Counted from the stretch's first letter, positions 34,544 to 45,674 are shown. The stretch is 64,000 nt of DNA from Alphaproteobacteria bacterium (GCA_009691045.1 SHWC01000001.1:20985-84984), one strand, 5' to 3'. Translations and numbers: made by a program. Notes: a model not told the origin generated them from the letters alone.

Positions 34544-34939
34544 CTATCCCTTCAACGCGATGGCGATGACCGAGTAGACGCAGGCGACGCCCGCGATCAG
34601 GCAGCCGAGCGAGAGCCCGATCAGCAACGCCCATTTCTTCGGTTTGTGGTGGACATAGTCTTCGATCACCACTTGAAGCCCGAGCTTCAGGTGAAAAAAC
34701 ATCGCGCCCGAAAACAGAATGAGCAGCGTCGCCGCGACCGGGCCCTGAAGCCAATCGACCAACGCGGCGTGGTCGGCGCCCCGCATGGCGAGCAGCCATA
34801 GTTCGGCGACGACCCAAAGCCCGAGTGGCACCATGAGAATGGCGGTCAGGCGCTGCATCCACCAATGCTCGGTGCCTTGCTTGGCCGAGCCGAGGCCGCG
34901 CACACGGGCGAGCGGCGTTTGAATTTGAGTTTCACGCAT
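34544..34939 (-). CDS. sdhD: succinate dehydrogenase membrane anchor subunit
   Basis: 131 aa starting at ATG 34939 (MRETQIQTPLARVRGLGSAKQGTEHWW...). It has three hydrophobic helices and sits between sdhC and sdhA. The longer ORF reaching 35167 overlaps sdhC and is rejected. Confidence 0.85.
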   Translation of the reverse strand: MRETQIQTPLARVRGLGSAKQGTEHWWMQRLTAILMVPLGLWVVAELWLLAMRGADHAALVDWLQGPVAATLLILFSGAMFFHLKLGLQVVIEDYVHHKPKKWALLIGLSLGCLIAGVACVYSVIAIALKG

Positions 34940-34947
34940 GGCGCACC

Positions 34948-35370
34948 TCAGCCCGAGAAATAGACAGCGAGCCCGACGGCCCACGAGACCCCGGTCAACC
35001 CAAGCGCGGCGCCCAGCATCAGCGCGCCCGAGGCATAGGTCGCGCGCAAGGAAAAGCCGATCCCGATATCCCAGAACAAATGCCGGATGCCATTGCACAG
35101 GTGATAAAACAGGCAAAACGACCAGATGACGAGCAGGGCATAGCCGACCCAAGAGGTCAGGAACCACATCGACCAGGCGTAATAATCAGGCCCTGCTGCG
35201 GCGGTCAGCAGCCAGCAGCACAGCATGGCGGCGGCGCTCGCCAAAAACACGCCGGTCATGCGGTGAACGATCGACAGGACCGAGGTGAGTTGCGGGCGAT
35301 AGACCTGCAAATGCGGTGAGAGCGGTCGGCGTGCATGAACGCCGCTTTTGCTCGTCGAGGCCTTGTCCAT
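34948..35370 (-). CDS. sdhC: succinate dehydrogenase cytochrome b556 subunit
   Basis: 140 aa, with RPLSPHLQVYRPQLTSVLSIVHRMTG, the SdhC signature. Confidence 0.9.
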   Translation of the reverse strand: MDKASTSKSGVHARRPLSPHLQVYRPQLTSVLSIVHRMTGVFLASAAAMLCCWLLTAAAGPDYYAWSMWFLTSWVGYALLVIWSFCLFYHLCNGIRHLFWDIGIGFSLRATYASGALMLGAALGLTGVSWAVGLAVYFSG

Positions 35371-35519
35371 GGTTATTGACCTAATTCGCGCACAAAGGGC
35401 GGTCTCGGGGTAAAGGCAGGGCGACCGGTGCTGGATGAAGTGTCGACCAGGATTCGGGCGTCGCCGACAACCTCGCGTCGGGCTCGGCGGCGCGGGGCGA
35501 ATCCCAATCGGGCAGAGAT

Positions 35520-35840
35520 TTACGACCCATTGCCCGGGGCCGTCAATCGCGCCCCGTCGCGGGCCGGACGGCCGCCTCGTTCATGCCTGCGGCAGGCCCT
35601 CTCGGGCTTGGTCGCGAGCGCGCGGCGATAGCAGGCAATCGCCGGGGCGAAGCGATTTTGTACCTTTAGCGCGACACCAAGATTATTGAGCGCGCCGCCA
35701 TGATCGGGCGCGAGCCGCAAGACATCGCGATAATGGCTGATCGCCTCATCGAGCTTGCCGGCGAGGTGCGCGTCACGCGCCCGCTCAAAGGCGATCGCGA
35801 GCTTATTCTTAGGTTTTGAGGGTGGCGTCGGATCGTTCAT
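35520..35840 (-). pseudogene. short TPR-repeat ORF, probably the remnant of a second TPR protein gene
   Basis: About two TPR units are readable (AISHYRDVLRLAPDHGGALNNLGVALKVQNRFAPAIACYRRALATKP) before the sequence degenerates into an Arg/Gly-rich tail. Its start overlaps the stop of the upstream TPR-GT gene as ATGA. Confidence 0.35.
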
Positions 35841-37260
35841 GTGGGCCGGCCTCCGCTAAGACCTTGGCATGATTCGAGCGCGGCCGCGATATCGCGGAAC
35901 ACGCTCTGCCAATCGCCGAAGCGCGCTTGGCGAAAAATTCGGAGGCTCTTATACCACGGGCTATCGGTACGATTGCCGATATAACGCCAATCGCCGCTCG
36001 AGGACAGCGCCAGCCAAACTGGTTTGCCAAGAGCGCCGGCCAGATGGGTGACCGCGCTGTCGATCGAGATGACCAGATCGAGCGTTTTGATCGCGGCGGC
36101 GGTGGCGGCGAAATCGTCCAAATGGGGCGAGAGATCGGCGATCAGGCCTTCATAGGCGAGGCGGCTGATATCGGCCGCGCGTGGGCCGACTTGGAGGCTG
36201 AAAAGCGCGACATTCGGCACGCCAATCAATTCCGAAAACGGGGTCAGGCGGCCGGCCGAGCGTTTGGCGTCGTCGCGTTGCTCGGGTCGGCCGGCCCATA
36301 CGATCCCCACTTTCAATGTGCCGGGTGGGCGGGCCGTGAGGGGTGCGAAGCGCGCGACCAGGTCGTCAGGCGGCGCGATATAGCCTTCCGGCGTGGGCAA
36401 GGTTTCGCCTTGCGTGCCGAGTATGGGGGCAGGGAAAGCAACGGGGCCTCGACCTCAAAGGGTGGTGGTTGCGCGCCGCGCGCGATGATTTGGACCACAC
36501 CGTTTAGGTTTTGCATCAGGCGCACGAGCGGGGCCTGGCATTCGAACACAACGCGCCCACCGCGCGCCGCGACCACGGGCACGAAGCGCGCATATTGCAA
36601 ACAATCGCCAAAACCTTGTTCGTCATGGATGAGGATGGTTTTTCCGGCCAGCGGCTCACCGTTCCAGCGCGGCACGTCGAATTTTCGCGCGGGGCTTTCG
36701 GGGCGGCGGAAGCGCGCTTCGTAGGCGGCGAACCCCTCGGCGAATCTGCCGAGCTGGAGCAGAACGAGCGATCTATTCCAGGCGCCGCGCACATGGTCGG
36801 GATGGTGTTTCAGGAGTTCGTCGTGGCAAGCGAGCGATTCCTCGAGCCGGCCCGCGTCCTTTAGCGTCTGCGATAAAGTAAAAAGCGCGTTCGCGTTGCG
36901 CGGGTGGCTCGCGAGGATCGTGCGCTAGCAGGCTTCGGCCTCAGCGAGGCGACCGAGCTTGCGATAGGCGTCGCCGAGATTGCCGCGCGCCTCTATATCA
37001 CCCAATTGCATCGCGCGACGATACCAGGCGGCGGCCGCCTCGAAGCGGCCGAGCCGATACAACGCGACACCCATATTATTGTAGACGGAGAGAAAACGCG
37101 GGTTGAGCGCGACCACTTTGGCCAGACCCTCAAGCGCCTCCTCAATGCGGCCCGCTTGCAGCGCTTCGATCGCAGCGCAATGAAGGGCGTTGGTGTCGTG
37201 CGTAACCGACGCGCGCGCCGGCGCCGGGCCGGCCGATTGAGGGGCGGCCGGGTCGCTCAT
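35837..37260 (-). pseudogene. TPR-repeat / glycosyltransferase family 9-like protein gene, disrupted by an in-frame TAG and a 1-nt homopolymer frameshift
   Basis: Three ORFs (36925..37260, 36313..36792, 35837..36400) join into one protein. ORFs 1 and 2 share a frame, separated only by TAG (plus-strand CTA at 36925-36927). Reading through gives ...RLAEAEAC*RTILASHPRNANALFTLSQTLKDAGRLEESLACHDELLKHHPDHVRGAWNRS.... ORFs 2 and 3 join at the G5 run 36425-36429; one more G would give PLLSLPPILGTQGETLPTPEGY. The C-terminal half has GT9-like motifs (HDEQGFGDCLQYARF, ISIDSAVTHLAGALGKPVW). Confidence 0.75.
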
Positions 37261-37264
37261 CGTC

Positions 37265-38290
37265 TCAATGCGGCTTTTTCAAATAGAGGCGGATCAAGTC
37301 TTCGGCGATCTGCACGGCGTTCAGCGCGGCGCCCTTGCGCAGATTGTCCGAGACCACCCACATTTGGAGTCCATGCGGCACGGTCGGGTCTTTGCGCAGG
37401 CGCGAAACGAACGTCGAGTCTTCGCCGGCGCAATCGACCGGCGTCGCATAGCCGCCGTCCTTGCGATCGTCGATCACCTCGATTCCCGGGGCCTTGCGCA
37501 ATGCCGCGCGGGCCTCGGCCTCGCTGATCGCCGTGCGGAACTCGACATTGACCACTTCGGCATGGCCGATGAAGGTGGGGATGCGCACGCAGGTCGCCGC
37601 GACCTCGATCGACGAATCGAGAATCTTCTTGGTCTCGTGCACCATCTTCCACTCTTCCTTGGTCGAGCCGTCGGGCATGAAGACGTCGATGTGGGGAATC
37701 GCGTTGAACGCAATACGCTTGGTGAAGACCTTGGGCTGCTTGGGTTGGTTCATATAGATCGAGCGGGTCTGCTCGAACAACTCATCCATGGCCGCCTTGC
37801 CCTTACCCGAGGTCGATTGATAGGTCGCAACCACGACGCGCTTGATCGGCGCGATATCATGCAAGGGCTTCAGCGCCATCACCATTTGAATGGTCGAGCA
37901 ATTCGGATTGGCGATGATGTTGCGCTGTCGGAATTGCGATAGCGCGTCGCCATTGACCTCGGGCACGATCAAGGGCACGTCTTCATCCATGCGGAATTGC
38001 GAGGTGTTGTCGATGACGACGCAGCCCGCCGCCGCCGCGCGCGGCGCGTGAAGCTTGGAGACCGAGGCGCCGGGCGAGAACAGGCCGATATCGATGCCCT
38101 TGAAGTCGAACGTGTCGAGCGCCTTGACGGTGAGGATCTGCCCTTCGCCGTACGAGACTTCCTTGCCGGCCGAATCGCGGCTCGCCAGCGCAATCACTTC
38201 ATCGACCGGGAATTCGCGTTGCCACAACACGTTGAGAATCTCGCGCCCGACATTGCCGGTGGCGCCGACGACCGCTACACGATAACCCAT
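37265..38290 (-). CDS. asd: aspartate-semialdehyde dehydrogenase
   Basis: 341 aa, with GATGNVG and the active-site Cys context ANPNCSTIQM. Confidence 0.94.
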   Translation of the reverse strand: MGYRVAVVGATGNVGREILNVLWQREFPVDEVIALASRDSAGKEVSYGEGQILTVKALDTFDFKGIDIGLFSPGASVSKLHAPRAAAAGCVVIDNTSQFRMDEDVPLIVPEVNGDALSQFRQRNIIANPNCSTIQMVMALKPLHDIAPIKRVVVATYQSTSGKGKAAMDELFEQTRSIYMNQPKQPKVFTKRIAFNAIPHIDVFMPDGSTKEEWKMVHETKKILDSSIEVAATCVRIPTFIGHAEVVNVEFRTAISEAEARAALRKAPGIEVIDDRKDGGYATPVDCAGEDSTFVSRLRKDPTVPHGLQMWVVSDNLRKGAALNAVQIAEDLIRLYLKKPH

Positions 38291-38314
38291 TATTCGCTAC
38301 TCCGCGGGCGCGCT

Positions 38315-39424
38315 TCAGACGAGCTTGTCGAGCTCGGCCAAAATCGCGCTACCCATTTCAACCGTTGAAACCTTGCGTGCGCCTTGGGCCATGATGTCGC
38401 CGGTACGCACGCCGCTTGCCAGCACGCGTTGGATCGCGTCGTCGACCAGATCCGCGCTCGCGCCATCATCGAACGAATAGCGCAGCATCATCGATAGGCT
38501 CAAGAGCTGGGCGATCGGATTGGCCAGGTTCTTGCCCGCGATATCGGGCGCCGAGCCATGCACCGGCTCATAGAGCGCGCGCCGCCGGCCGCTTGAATCT
38601 GCCCAGCCCAGCGAGGCCGAGGGCAACATGCCGAGCGAGCCGGTGAGCATCGCCGCGCAATCGCTCAGAAGATCGCCGAACAGATTGTCGGTGACGATCA
38701 CGTCGAACTGTTTCGGGTTGCGCACCAATTGCATGGCGCAATTGTCGGCATACATGTGGTGCAGTTCGACGCTGGCATAGTCCTTCTTGTGCAGGGCCGT
38801 GACCTCGGCGCGCCAAAAGACGCCGGTCTCCATCACATTCGCCTTCTCGATCGAATGCAGCTTGTTGCCGCGCTTCTTGGCCAGATCGAAGCCGACGCGC
38901 GCGACGCGCTCGACTTCGGGTGCGGTATAACACTGCGTGTCGATGGCATAGCGCGTGCCGTCAGGCTTTTTGAAGCTGCCGCGCGGCTCGCCGAAATAAA
39001 CGCCGCTCGTGAGCTCGCGAATGATCATGAGATCAAGCCCCTTGACCACCTCGGGCTTCAAGGTCGAGGCGTCGAGCATAGAATCGAACACGATCGCGGG
39101 CCTAAGATTGGCGAACAGATCGAGGTCTTTTCTCAGGCGCAGCAGGCCGGCCTCAGGCCGGTGCTGACGGGCCACATTGTCCCATTTCGGGCCGCCGACC
39201 GAGCCGAACAACACGGCATCCGCCGCCATGGCATCGGCCACGGTTTCGTCGGTGATCGAGACGCCCTTGGCGTCATAGGCCGAGCCGCCGACCAGGCCGC
39301 GGCTCACTTCGTAGGAGAAGCTCCGGCGCTTGGCGAGCCAATCCATCACGCGCTCGGTCTCGCGCATCACTTCGGGCCCGATGCCATCACCGGGCAGAAC
39401 CAGGATTTTCTTGTTCGCGGGCAT
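38315..39424 (-). CDS. leuB: 3-isopropylmalate dehydrogenase
   Basis: 369 aa, with LPGDGIGPEV and NLFGDLLSD. Confidence 0.95.
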   Translation of the reverse strand: MPANKKILVLPGDGIGPEVMRETERVMDWLAKRRSFSYEVSRGLVGGSAYDAKGVSITDETVADAMAADAVLFGSVGGPKWDNVARQHRPEAGLLRLRKDLDLFANLRPAIVFDSMLDASTLKPEVVKGLDLMIIRELTSGVYFGEPRGSFKKPDGTRYAIDTQCYTAPEVERVARVGFDLAKKRGNKLHSIEKANVMETGVFWRAEVTALHKKDYASVELHHMYADNCAMQLVRNPKQFDVIVTDNLFGDLLSDCAAMLTGSLGMLPSASLGWADSSGRRRALYEPVHGSAPDIAGKNLANPIAQLLSLSMMLRYSFDDGASADLVDDAIQRVLASGVRTGDIMAQGARKVSTVEMGSAILAELDKLV

Positions 39425-39429
39425 GGCGT

Positions 39430-40041
39430 TTACCGATAGAGCCAGGGTTGAGCGGCGCGTTGCTTCGCCTCGAAGCTGGAAATCGCAGGCGCCTTTTCAA
39501 GCGTGAGGCCGATATCGTCGAGCCCGTTCAAGAGACGATGCTTGCGTGCCGCATCGATCTCGAACGCGATCACGCCGCCATCGCTTTTCCGAATTTCCTG
39601 TTTGGGCAAATCGATGGTGAGCGAGGCCTTGGCGGGCTCGGCGATTTCCGCCTGCAAGGCCTCGACCGTCGCGGCCGGCAGGGTGATCAACAAAATGCCG
39701 TTCTTCATGCAATTGTTGAAAAAGATATCGGCGAAGGACGGTGCGATGACGCAGCGTATGCCGAAATCCATCAGCGCCCAGGGCGCGTGCTCGCGCGACG
39801 AGCCGCAGGCAAAGTTCTCGCCGGCGACCAGAATCTTGGCCTTGTCATAGGGCGCGCGGTTGAGCACGAAGCCGGGGCGGTTGCTGCCATCGTCCTCATA
39901 GCGCATCGAATGAAACAGGCCCCGACCAAGCCCGGTGCGCCCGATCGTGGTGAGATAGCGCGCCGGAATGATCTGGTCGGTATCGATGTTGATGATCGGT
40001 AAAGGTGCGGCGATGCCGCTGAGCGTGATGAATTTGTCCAT
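39430..40041 (-). CDS. leuD: 3-isopropylmalate dehydratase small subunit
   Basis: About 203 aa starting at ATG 40041 ([14 protein letters not shown]...), with [17 protein letters not shown]. Confidence 0.93.
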   Translation of the reverse strand: MDKFITLSGIAAPLPIINIDTDQIIPARYLTTIGRTGLGRGLFHSMRYEDDGSNRPGFVLNRAPYDKAKILVAGENFACGSSREHAPWALMDFGIRCVIAPSFADIFFNNCMKNGILLITLPAATVEALQAEIAEPAKASLTIDLPKQEIRKSDGGVIAFEIDAARKHRLLNGLDDIGLTLEKAPAISSFEAKQRAAQPWLYR

Positions 40042-40052
40042 GATCGATCCGT

Positions 40053-41459
40053 TCAACTGAGCGTGCGGACGTCGGCGAGATGGCCGGCAATCGCCGCCGC
40101 CGCCGCCATCGCCGGGCTGACCAAGTGGGTGCGTCCGCCCGGGCCTTGGCGGCCTTCGAAATTACGGTTCGAGGTCGAGGCGCAACGCTCGCCGGGCGCG
40201 AGTTTGTCGGGGTTCATCGCGATGCACATCGAGCAGCCGGGCTCACGCCATTCGAAGCCGGCCTCGAGGAAAATGCGATCGAGCCCTTCGGCCTCGGCGG
40301 CCTCTTTCACCAGGCCCGAGCCGGGCACGACCATGGCGCCGACATGGCTCGCGACTTTCTTGCCTTTCACCACATCGGCCGCCGCGCGCAAATCCTCGAG
40401 CCGGCCATTGGTGCATGAGCCGATGAAAACGCGATCGATCTTCACGTCGGTCATCTTCATATTGGCCTTGAGGCCCATATAATCGAGCGAGCGCTCAAGC
40501 GCGCGGCGCCTGCCGGGATCGGTCTCATTGGCGGGGTCGGGCACGCGGCCATCGATCGGCACGACGTCTTGGGGCGAGGTGCCCCAGCTGACTTGCGGCG
40601 CGATCGACGCCACATCGAGCGTGATTTCGCGGTCATAATTCGCGCCTGGGTCGGAGGGCAGCGTGCGCCAGAAGCGCTCGGCTTGTTCCCACGCGCCGGC
40701 CTTGGGCGCGCGCGGGCGGCCCTTCAAGAACGCAAACGTCGTTTCGTCGGGCGCGATCAGCCCGGCGCGCGCGCCGGCCTCGATCGTCATGTTGCAGACC
40801 GTCATGCGCCCTTCCATCGAGAGCGCGCGAATGGCTGGGCCGGCATATTCGACCACATGACCGGTGCCGCCGGCGGTGCCAATTTTCGCGATGATCGCGA
40901 GAATCAAATCCTTCGCGGTGATACCGCGCGGCAAGGCGCCCTCGACGGTGATGCGCATATTTTTCGGCCGCTTCTGCACGAGCGTTTGCGTCGCCAACAC
41001 GTGCTCGACCTCGGACGTGCCGATGCCAAAGGCAAGCGCGCCGAACGCGCCATGGGTCGCGGTATGCGAATCGCCGCACACCAGCGTGACGCCCGGCAGA
41101 GTGACGCCTTGCTCGGGGCCGATGATGTGGACGATGCCTTGGCGCACGTCCATCAAATCGATCAGCTCGACACCGAAATCGCGACAGTTTTGAATCAGGG
41201 TTTCGACCTGGAGGCGCGCATCGGCTTCCTTGATGCCCTTGGCGCGGTCCTTGGTCGGGATCGCGTGATCGGGCACGGCAAGCGTGGCGTCGGGGCGACG
41301 CACGCGCCGGTTCGACACGCGCAAGCCCTCATAGGCCTGCGGGCTGGTCACCTCATGAACGAGGTGGCGATCGATATAAAGGATCGTCGTGCCGTCAGTG
41401 TTCTCCGCGACAACATGGCTTTCCCAGATCTTGTCAAATAGCGTGCGTGGCTGAGTCAT
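40053..41459 (-). CDS. leuC: 3-isopropylmalate dehydratase large subunit
   Basis: 468 aa of the aconitase family, with Fe-S Cys contexts GSCTNGR and CSMCIAMN. Confidence 0.95.
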   Translation of the reverse strand: MTQPRTLFDKIWESHVVAENTDGTTILYIDRHLVHEVTSPQAYEGLRVSNRRVRRPDATLAVPDHAIPTKDRAKGIKEADARLQVETLIQNCRDFGVELIDLMDVRQGIVHIIGPEQGVTLPGVTLVCGDSHTATHGAFGALAFGIGTSEVEHVLATQTLVQKRPKNMRITVEGALPRGITAKDLILAIIAKIGTAGGTGHVVEYAGPAIRALSMEGRMTVCNMTIEAGARAGLIAPDETTFAFLKGRPRAPKAGAWEQAERFWRTLPSDPGANYDREITLDVASIAPQVSWGTSPQDVVPIDGRVPDPANETDPGRRRALERSLDYMGLKANMKMTDVKIDRVFIGSCTNGRLEDLRAAADVVKGKKVASHVGAMVVPGSGLVKEAAEAEGLDRIFLEAGFEWREPGCSMCIAMNPDKLAPGERCASTSNRNFEGRQGPGGRTHLVSPAMAAAAAIAGHLADVRTLS

Positions 41460-41480
41460 GGCTAAGTGCCCGTGTCATGG

Positions 41481-41600
41481 CCTCATCCTCCTGCCTCCGC
41501 CGAAGCGAAGCCGCTTCGGCTTCGCGCAGGCAGGTCGACAGGCTCAGGATGAGGCGATATTTTAAGCGTCCTCATGGTGAGCTTGTCGAACCATGAGGAC
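41481..41600. repeat. palindromic elements, family 2, in the rplS-leuC spacer
   Basis: CCTCATCCT (41481-41489) pairs with AGGATGAGG (41546-41554) and encloses the hairpin GCGAAGCCG-CTT-CGGCTTCGC (41505-41525) and GTCGACAGGCTCAGGATGAGG. A second hairpin, GTCCTCATGG-N13-CCATGAGGAC, is at 41568-41600. Confidence 0.8.
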
Positions 41601-41609
41601 TGAAACGTT

Positions 41610-42008
41610 CTATTCCTTGGTGCTCGCCGACGCAGCCTTTTCGTGCATATCGTCGCGCCGCTCGGTGATGCGCGCCGACTTGCCGCGCCGTCCGCGCAGA
41701 TAATAGAGCTTCGCGCGCCGCACATCGCCGCGCTTGATGACTTCGATCGCGGTGAGGCGCGGCGAATAGAGCGGGAAGACCCGTTCGACGCCCTCACCAT
41801 AAGAAATCTTCCGCAGCGTGAAGGCTGAATTGAGGCCGCGATTGCGCCTGGCAATGCAGACACCCTCGAAGGCCTGAACGCGTTCGCGCGTGCCTTCGAC
41901 GACCTTGATTTTCACGCGCACCGTATCGCCGGGTTGGAATGGCGGAATGGCGCGCACCGCGGCGAGCTTGTCGACCGCTTCTTTTTCAAGTTGTTCAATC
42001 ATGTTCAT
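41610..42008 (-). CDS. rplS: 50S ribosomal protein L19
   Basis: 132 aa starting at ATG 42008 ([10 protein letters not shown]...[33 protein letters not shown]). The longer ORF reaching 42134 overlaps trmD. Confidence 0.93.
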   Translation of the reverse strand: MNMIEQLEKEAVDKLAAVRAIPPFQPGDTVRVKIKVVEGTRERVQAFEGVCIARRNRGLNSAFTLRKISYGEGVERVFPLYSPRLTAIEVIKRGDVRRAKLYYLRGRRGKSARITERRDDMHEKAASASTKE

Positions 42009-42027
42009 GGCTTTGGCCCCTTCAAGC

Positions 42028-42768
42028 TCAGGCGCGTGACGCGCGGGTTGCGGCATAATTTGACCAGAGGTCGGCGCGGCGTTCGCGCGTGGTGCGCTCG
42101 GCCTCGGTCCGGCGCCACAAGCGGATCCGCTCATGATTGCCGGACAGCAGAACCTCGGGAACGGCGCGGCCTTCGAATGTTTGCGGCCGCGTGTAATGGG
42201 GGTATTCGAGGAGGCCGGCTTCGTGGCTTTCCTCGGTCAGCGATTCAGCGCGGCCGATCACGCCGGGCAGGAGACGCACGCACGCATCCAAGAGGGCGAG
42301 CGCGGCAATTTCACCGCCGGACAGAACGTAATCGCCGATCGAAATTTCCTCGACCTCGCGCGCCTCGATGACGCGCTGGTCGACGCCTTCAAAGCGGCCG
42401 CAGATCAGCGTGACGCCGGGTCCGGCGGCGAGTTCGCGCGCGCGGGCCTGGGTCAACATGCGGCCACGCGCGGAGAGGTAGACCAAGGGCGCCGGCGCGG
42501 GCAAGCGCAGCGTATCGATCGCGTCCGCCACCACATCGGCGCGCATCACCATGCCGGGCCCGCCGCCAAACGGCGCGTCATCGACCGAGCCATGGCGATC
42601 ACGCGCGAAGCGGCGAATATCGAACGCTTCGAGCGACCACAGGCCCTCGTTCAGCGCGCGGCCCGCCAGCGCGAAGCCGAGCGGCCCCGGAAACATCTCC
42701 GGGTACAGCGTCAGCACGCGGGCCTGCCAGGGCGCACGTGGGAGCGCGTTTGGCGTGGTCTCGCTCAT
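42028..42768 (-). CDS. trmD: tRNA (guanine37-N1)-methyltransferase
   Basis: 246 aa, with [22 protein letters not shown] and [10 protein letters not shown]. Confidence 0.94.
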   Translation of the reverse strand: MSETTPNALPRAPWQARVLTLYPEMFPGPLGFALAGRALNEGLWSLEAFDIRRFARDRHGSVDDAPFGGGPGMVMRADVVADAIDTLRLPAPAPLVYLSARGRMLTQARARELAAGPGVTLICGRFEGVDQRVIEAREVEEISIGDYVLSGGEIAALALLDACVRLLPGVIGRAESLTEESHEAGLLEYPHYTRPQTFEGRAVPEVLLSGNHERIRLWRRTEAERTTRERRADLWSNYAATRASRA

Positions 42769-43319
42769 CGAGCTTCGACCTCCTCGGGCGGATCGATCAC
42801 CATCAGGCCGGCCTCAAGATCGATCGAAGGCACCGTTGCGTCCGTGAAGGCGAGCAAAAGTTCGCCGCCATCCGCGCGCGCGATTTCGATCACCGCGCCG
42901 GCCGGCAGATCGAGCACGGCGCGCACCGTGCCAATCGCTAGGCCCGCTTTGTCGATCACGCGAAGCCCGATCAGATCGGTCTGATAATAGCTTTCGGGCT
43001 CAGGCGCGGGCATGGCCCGCCTTGGCACGTAAAGCCGGAGGCCGCGCAAGGCCTCCACGCCATCGCGATCATCAACACCCTCGAAGCGCGCGATCAACGC
43101 GCCGCGACTCTCACCAATCAAGGTGAGCGCGAAGCGCTGCGTGCCCGATGCATTGACCAGCGCACCATAGGCAACGAGATCGGCCGGCGCCGCCGCGAAG
43201 CTCTTCACGCGCACCGCGCCCTTGACGCCATGCGGGCCCAGCACCTCGCCCAAGCAAACGAGGCCGGCCGCAGGCTTGCGGGTCGGTCGCGCGTGTTCGG
43301 TCATGGCTTGGGCCAACAA
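42765..43319 (-). CDS. rimM: 16S rRNA processing protein RimM
   Basis: 184 aa, with [14 protein letters not shown] and a PRC-barrel C-terminal half, in the rpsP-rimM-trmD-rplS context. Confidence 0.9.
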   Translation of the reverse strand: MLAQAMTEHARPTRKPAAGLVCLGEVLGPHGVKGAVRVKSFAAAPADLVAYGALVNASGTQRFALTLIGESRGALIARFEGVDDRDGVEALRGLRLYVPRRAMPAPEPESYYQTDLIGLRVIDKAGLAIGTVRAVLDLPAGAVIEIARADGGELLLAFTDATVPSIDLEAGLMVIDPPEEVEAR

Positions 43320-43320
43320 C

Positions 43321-43740
43321 TCAACTGGCTCCTTCAGCCGGCGCTGCTTCGGCGGGTGCGGCGGCGGCTGCGGCGGCGGCTGCGGCAGCCGCTTCGGCGG
43401 CGGTGGCTTTATCGGCCGCGGCCTTCAGGCGTTCTTGCGCCTTCGCCTTTGGTTTCGACTTCTGCGGCGATTCATGACGGGCCGGGGCCGACGCGAGCGA
43501 CGCCTCGGCCAAAAAGCGCGCGACCCGATCCGACGGCTTGGCGCCAACGCCGAGCCAATGCTTGATGCGCTCGACATTGAGCTTCACGCGGTCCGGATTG
43601 TCGCGCATCAACATGGGATCATAGGTGCCGAGCCGCTCGATGAACTTGCTGTCGCGCGCCATGCGCGAATCAGCCACCACGATGCGGTAGAACGGCCGTT
43701 TCTTCGCGCCCGCGCGCGACATGCGAATCTTGAGGCTCAT
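43321..43740 (-). CDS. rpsP: 30S ribosomal protein S16 with an Ala-rich C-terminal extension
   Basis: Starts [42 protein letters not shown]. The C-terminal tail is ...[22 protein letters not shown]. Confidence 0.93.
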   Translation of the reverse strand: MSLKIRMSRAGAKKRPFYRIVVADSRMARDSKFIERLGTYDPMLMRDNPDRVKLNVERIKHWLGVGAKPSDRVARFLAEASLASAPARHESPQKSKPKAKAQERLKAAADKATAAEAAAAAAAAAAAAPAEAAPAEGAS

Positions 43741-43813
43741 GCGGTCAAATTCCTTCTCAGCTTCATTGGGATCATCCTTGTGTTGTGTGTTGTGCGTGTG
43801 ATTTCGAGGCGAG

Positions 43814-45187
43814 TCATGACAGGCCGCCGCGTGGAAAGCCGGGCGGCAACGAGCCCGCCGGCAGGCCGCGCAACATGCCCTTCATGCCCATTTTGCCGAC
43901 CTTCTTGACCATGTCGCTCATCTGCTGGAATTGCTTCAAGAGGCGATTGACCTCTTGGATCGTGGTGCCAGAGCCGGTCGCGATGCGGCGCCGGCGAGAG
44001 CCGTTCAGCACCTTCGGATTGCGCCGCTCGGTCTTGGTCATCGACTGAATGATGGCGAGTTGGCGGGCCAACATCGAATCATCGACATTGGCCGCGGCGA
44101 GTTGCTTCTTGACCTTGCCGACGCCGGGCAGGAGACCCATCAGGCCATCCATGCCGCCCATTTTTTTCATCTGCTGAATCTGCTTGGCCAGATCGTCGAG
44201 ATCGAACGCGCCCTTTTGCATTTTGGCGGCGAAGCGCTCGGCCTCTTTCTGGTCGATCGTGGATTGCGCCTTTTCGACCAGCGAAACGATATCGCCCATG
44301 CCGAGAATGCGCGAGGCGATGCCGGCGGGGTGAAACGCTTCGAGCGCGTCCAATTTTTCGCCGACACCCATCAGCTTGATCGGGCACCCGGTGACCGCGC
44401 GCATGGAAAGGGCGGCGCCGCCCCGGCCATCGCCATCGACGCGGGTCAACACGATGCCGGTGATCGGCAGGCGCGCCTTGAATTGGCGCGCGACATTGAC
44501 CGCATCCTGGCCGGTCAGAGCGTCGACCACGAGCAGGGTCTCGATCGGCCGCGTCGCGGTGTGGACCGCGGCGACCTCGGTCATCAAATCCTCATCGACG
44601 TGAAGCCGCCCAGCGGTATCGAGGATGACGACGTCATAGCCTTCGAGCCGCGCGGTTTCATTCGCGCGCTTCGCGATGGTCAGCGCATTTTGGCCGGCGA
44701 CGATCGGCAGCACGTCAATGCCGGCCTGTTTGCCGAGCACGGCGAGCTGCTCCATGGCGGCTGGGCGGTTGGTATCGAGCGAGGCCAGCAGGCAGCGCGA
44801 CTTTCTTTGGCGCAGCAGGCGTAGCGCGAGCTTGGCGCTGGTGGTGGTTTTGCCCGAGCCCTGCAGGCCCGCCATCAAGATCACCGCCGGCGGCTCGACC
44901 GCGAGCGCGAGCTCGGATTCATCCGCCCCCAGCACCTCGATCAGATGGTCGTGGACCAATTTGATGATTTGTTGGCCCGGCGTGACCGAGCGCAAAACAT
45001 CCTGCCCGATGGCCTTTTCCTTGACCTGGGTGACGAAATCCTTGACCACCGGAAGCGCGACGTCGGCCTCCAAAAGCGCCACGCGCACCTCGCGCAGGCC
45101 CTCGGTCACGTCGGCCTCGGAGAGGGCGCCGCGCCGCGTCAGCCGCTCGAAGGCCGCGTTGAGCTTGGTGGTCAGGCTATCGAACAC
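43814..45187 (-). CDS. ffh: signal recognition particle protein Ffh
   Basis: 457 aa, with an NG domain ([21 protein letters not shown]) and a Met-rich M domain. Confidence 0.95.
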   Translation of the reverse strand: MFDSLTTKLNAAFERLTRRGALSEADVTEGLREVRVALLEADVALPVVKDFVTQVKEKAIGQDVLRSVTPGQQIIKLVHDHLIEVLGADESELALAVEPPAVILMAGLQGSGKTTTSAKLALRLLRQRKSRCLLASLDTNRPAAMEQLAVLGKQAGIDVLPIVAGQNALTIAKRANETARLEGYDVVILDTAGRLHVDEDLMTEVAAVHTATRPIETLLVVDALTGQDAVNVARQFKARLPITGIVLTRVDGDGRGGAALSMRAVTGCPIKLMGVGEKLDALEAFHPAGIASRILGMGDIVSLVEKAQSTIDQKEAERFAAKMQKGAFDLDDLAKQIQQMKKMGGMDGLMGLLPGVGKVKKQLAAANVDDSMLARQLAIIQSMTKTERRNPKVLNGSRRRRIATGSGTTIQEVNRLLKQFQQMSDMVKKVGKMGMKGMLRGLPAGSLPPGFPRGGLS

Positions 45188-45349
45188 GGTCTAATCCGTT
45201 GATCCAAAACACAAAAGCGCCAGTGCGCGAATCTCGCGGACTGACGGGCCTCCTCGGAGGCGGTCGCTCTCAAAGCGCAGAGCGGGCGGAATGTAGGCGG
45301 GAGACGGCGCTAAGTCAACGCAACCGAGCCTCTAAGCCGCGCGGCGGGG

Positions 45350-45394
45350 TTGACAATGCCGATGAAATGACTATAGTCATATGACCATGGTCAT
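45350..45394 (+). promoter_or_regulatory. putative phd-vapC promoter with two tandem 14-bp palindromic operators
   Basis: TTGACA (45350-45355), a 16-nt spacer, then TATAGT (45372-45377). There are two perfect palindromes: ATGACTATAGTCAT (45367-45380, overlapping the -10) and ATGACCATGGTCAT (45381-45394, overlapping the first start codons). Confidence 0.55.
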
Positions 45395-45674
45395 GAAGAA
45401 AACAGTTGTTGCGACGCGCTCGATCCCGGCCGGCGAGTTCAAGGCGCATTGCCTGCGTCTGCTCGATGAGGTGAACACCACGCGCACCCGCCTCGTCATC
45501 ACCAAGCGCGGCAGGCCGGTCGCCGAGCTTGGCCCAATCGGCGAGCGCCCGCCGTCGATCATCGGCTCAATGCGTGGCACCGGTCGGATTCTTGGCGATA
45601 TCATCTCGCCGATCGATGTCGCGTGGGGGGCCGACGAGCGCAATCTGAGCGGCGATGATCAGCCGCCGGATTGA
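45381..45674 (+). CDS. type II antitoxin, Phd/YefM family
   Basis: 97 aa, with IPAGEFKAHCLRLLDEVNTTRTRLVITKRGRPVAEL, typical of Phd/YefM. It overlaps the downstream PIN toxin gene by 20 nt. The start could be ATG 45381, 45387 or 45393. Confidence 0.8.
   Translation: MTMVMKKTVVATRSIPAGEFKAHCLRLLDEVNTTRTRLVITKRGRPVAELGPIGERPPSIIGSMRGTGRILGDIISPIDVAWGADERNLSGDDQPPD

Noticed and set aside
41460-41609. The possibility that the hairpins upstream of leuC form a leucine leader-peptide attenuator.
   Set aside because: There is no short ORF with a run of Leu codons. The hairpins are copies of a dispersed repeat family also found at 19979-20029. There is no U-tract terminator.
43321-43420. The Ala-rich tail of S16 (GCN repeats) and the AEPK repeats at the CtpA C-terminus (about 8800-8830) as candidate contingency repeats.
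   Set aside because: Low-complexity C-terminal tails on these proteins are common in Alphaproteobacteria. The repeats are in multiples of three and are imperfect at the DNA level.
45188-45349. The 160-bp spacer upstream of ffh, with small stems (GCCTCC-TC-GGAGGC and CGCTCT…AGAGCG), as a possible sRNA or SRP RNA.
   Set aside because: It has no similarity to the conserved SRP RNA domain IV motif. The stems are short and no terminator is visible, so the evidence is insufficient.
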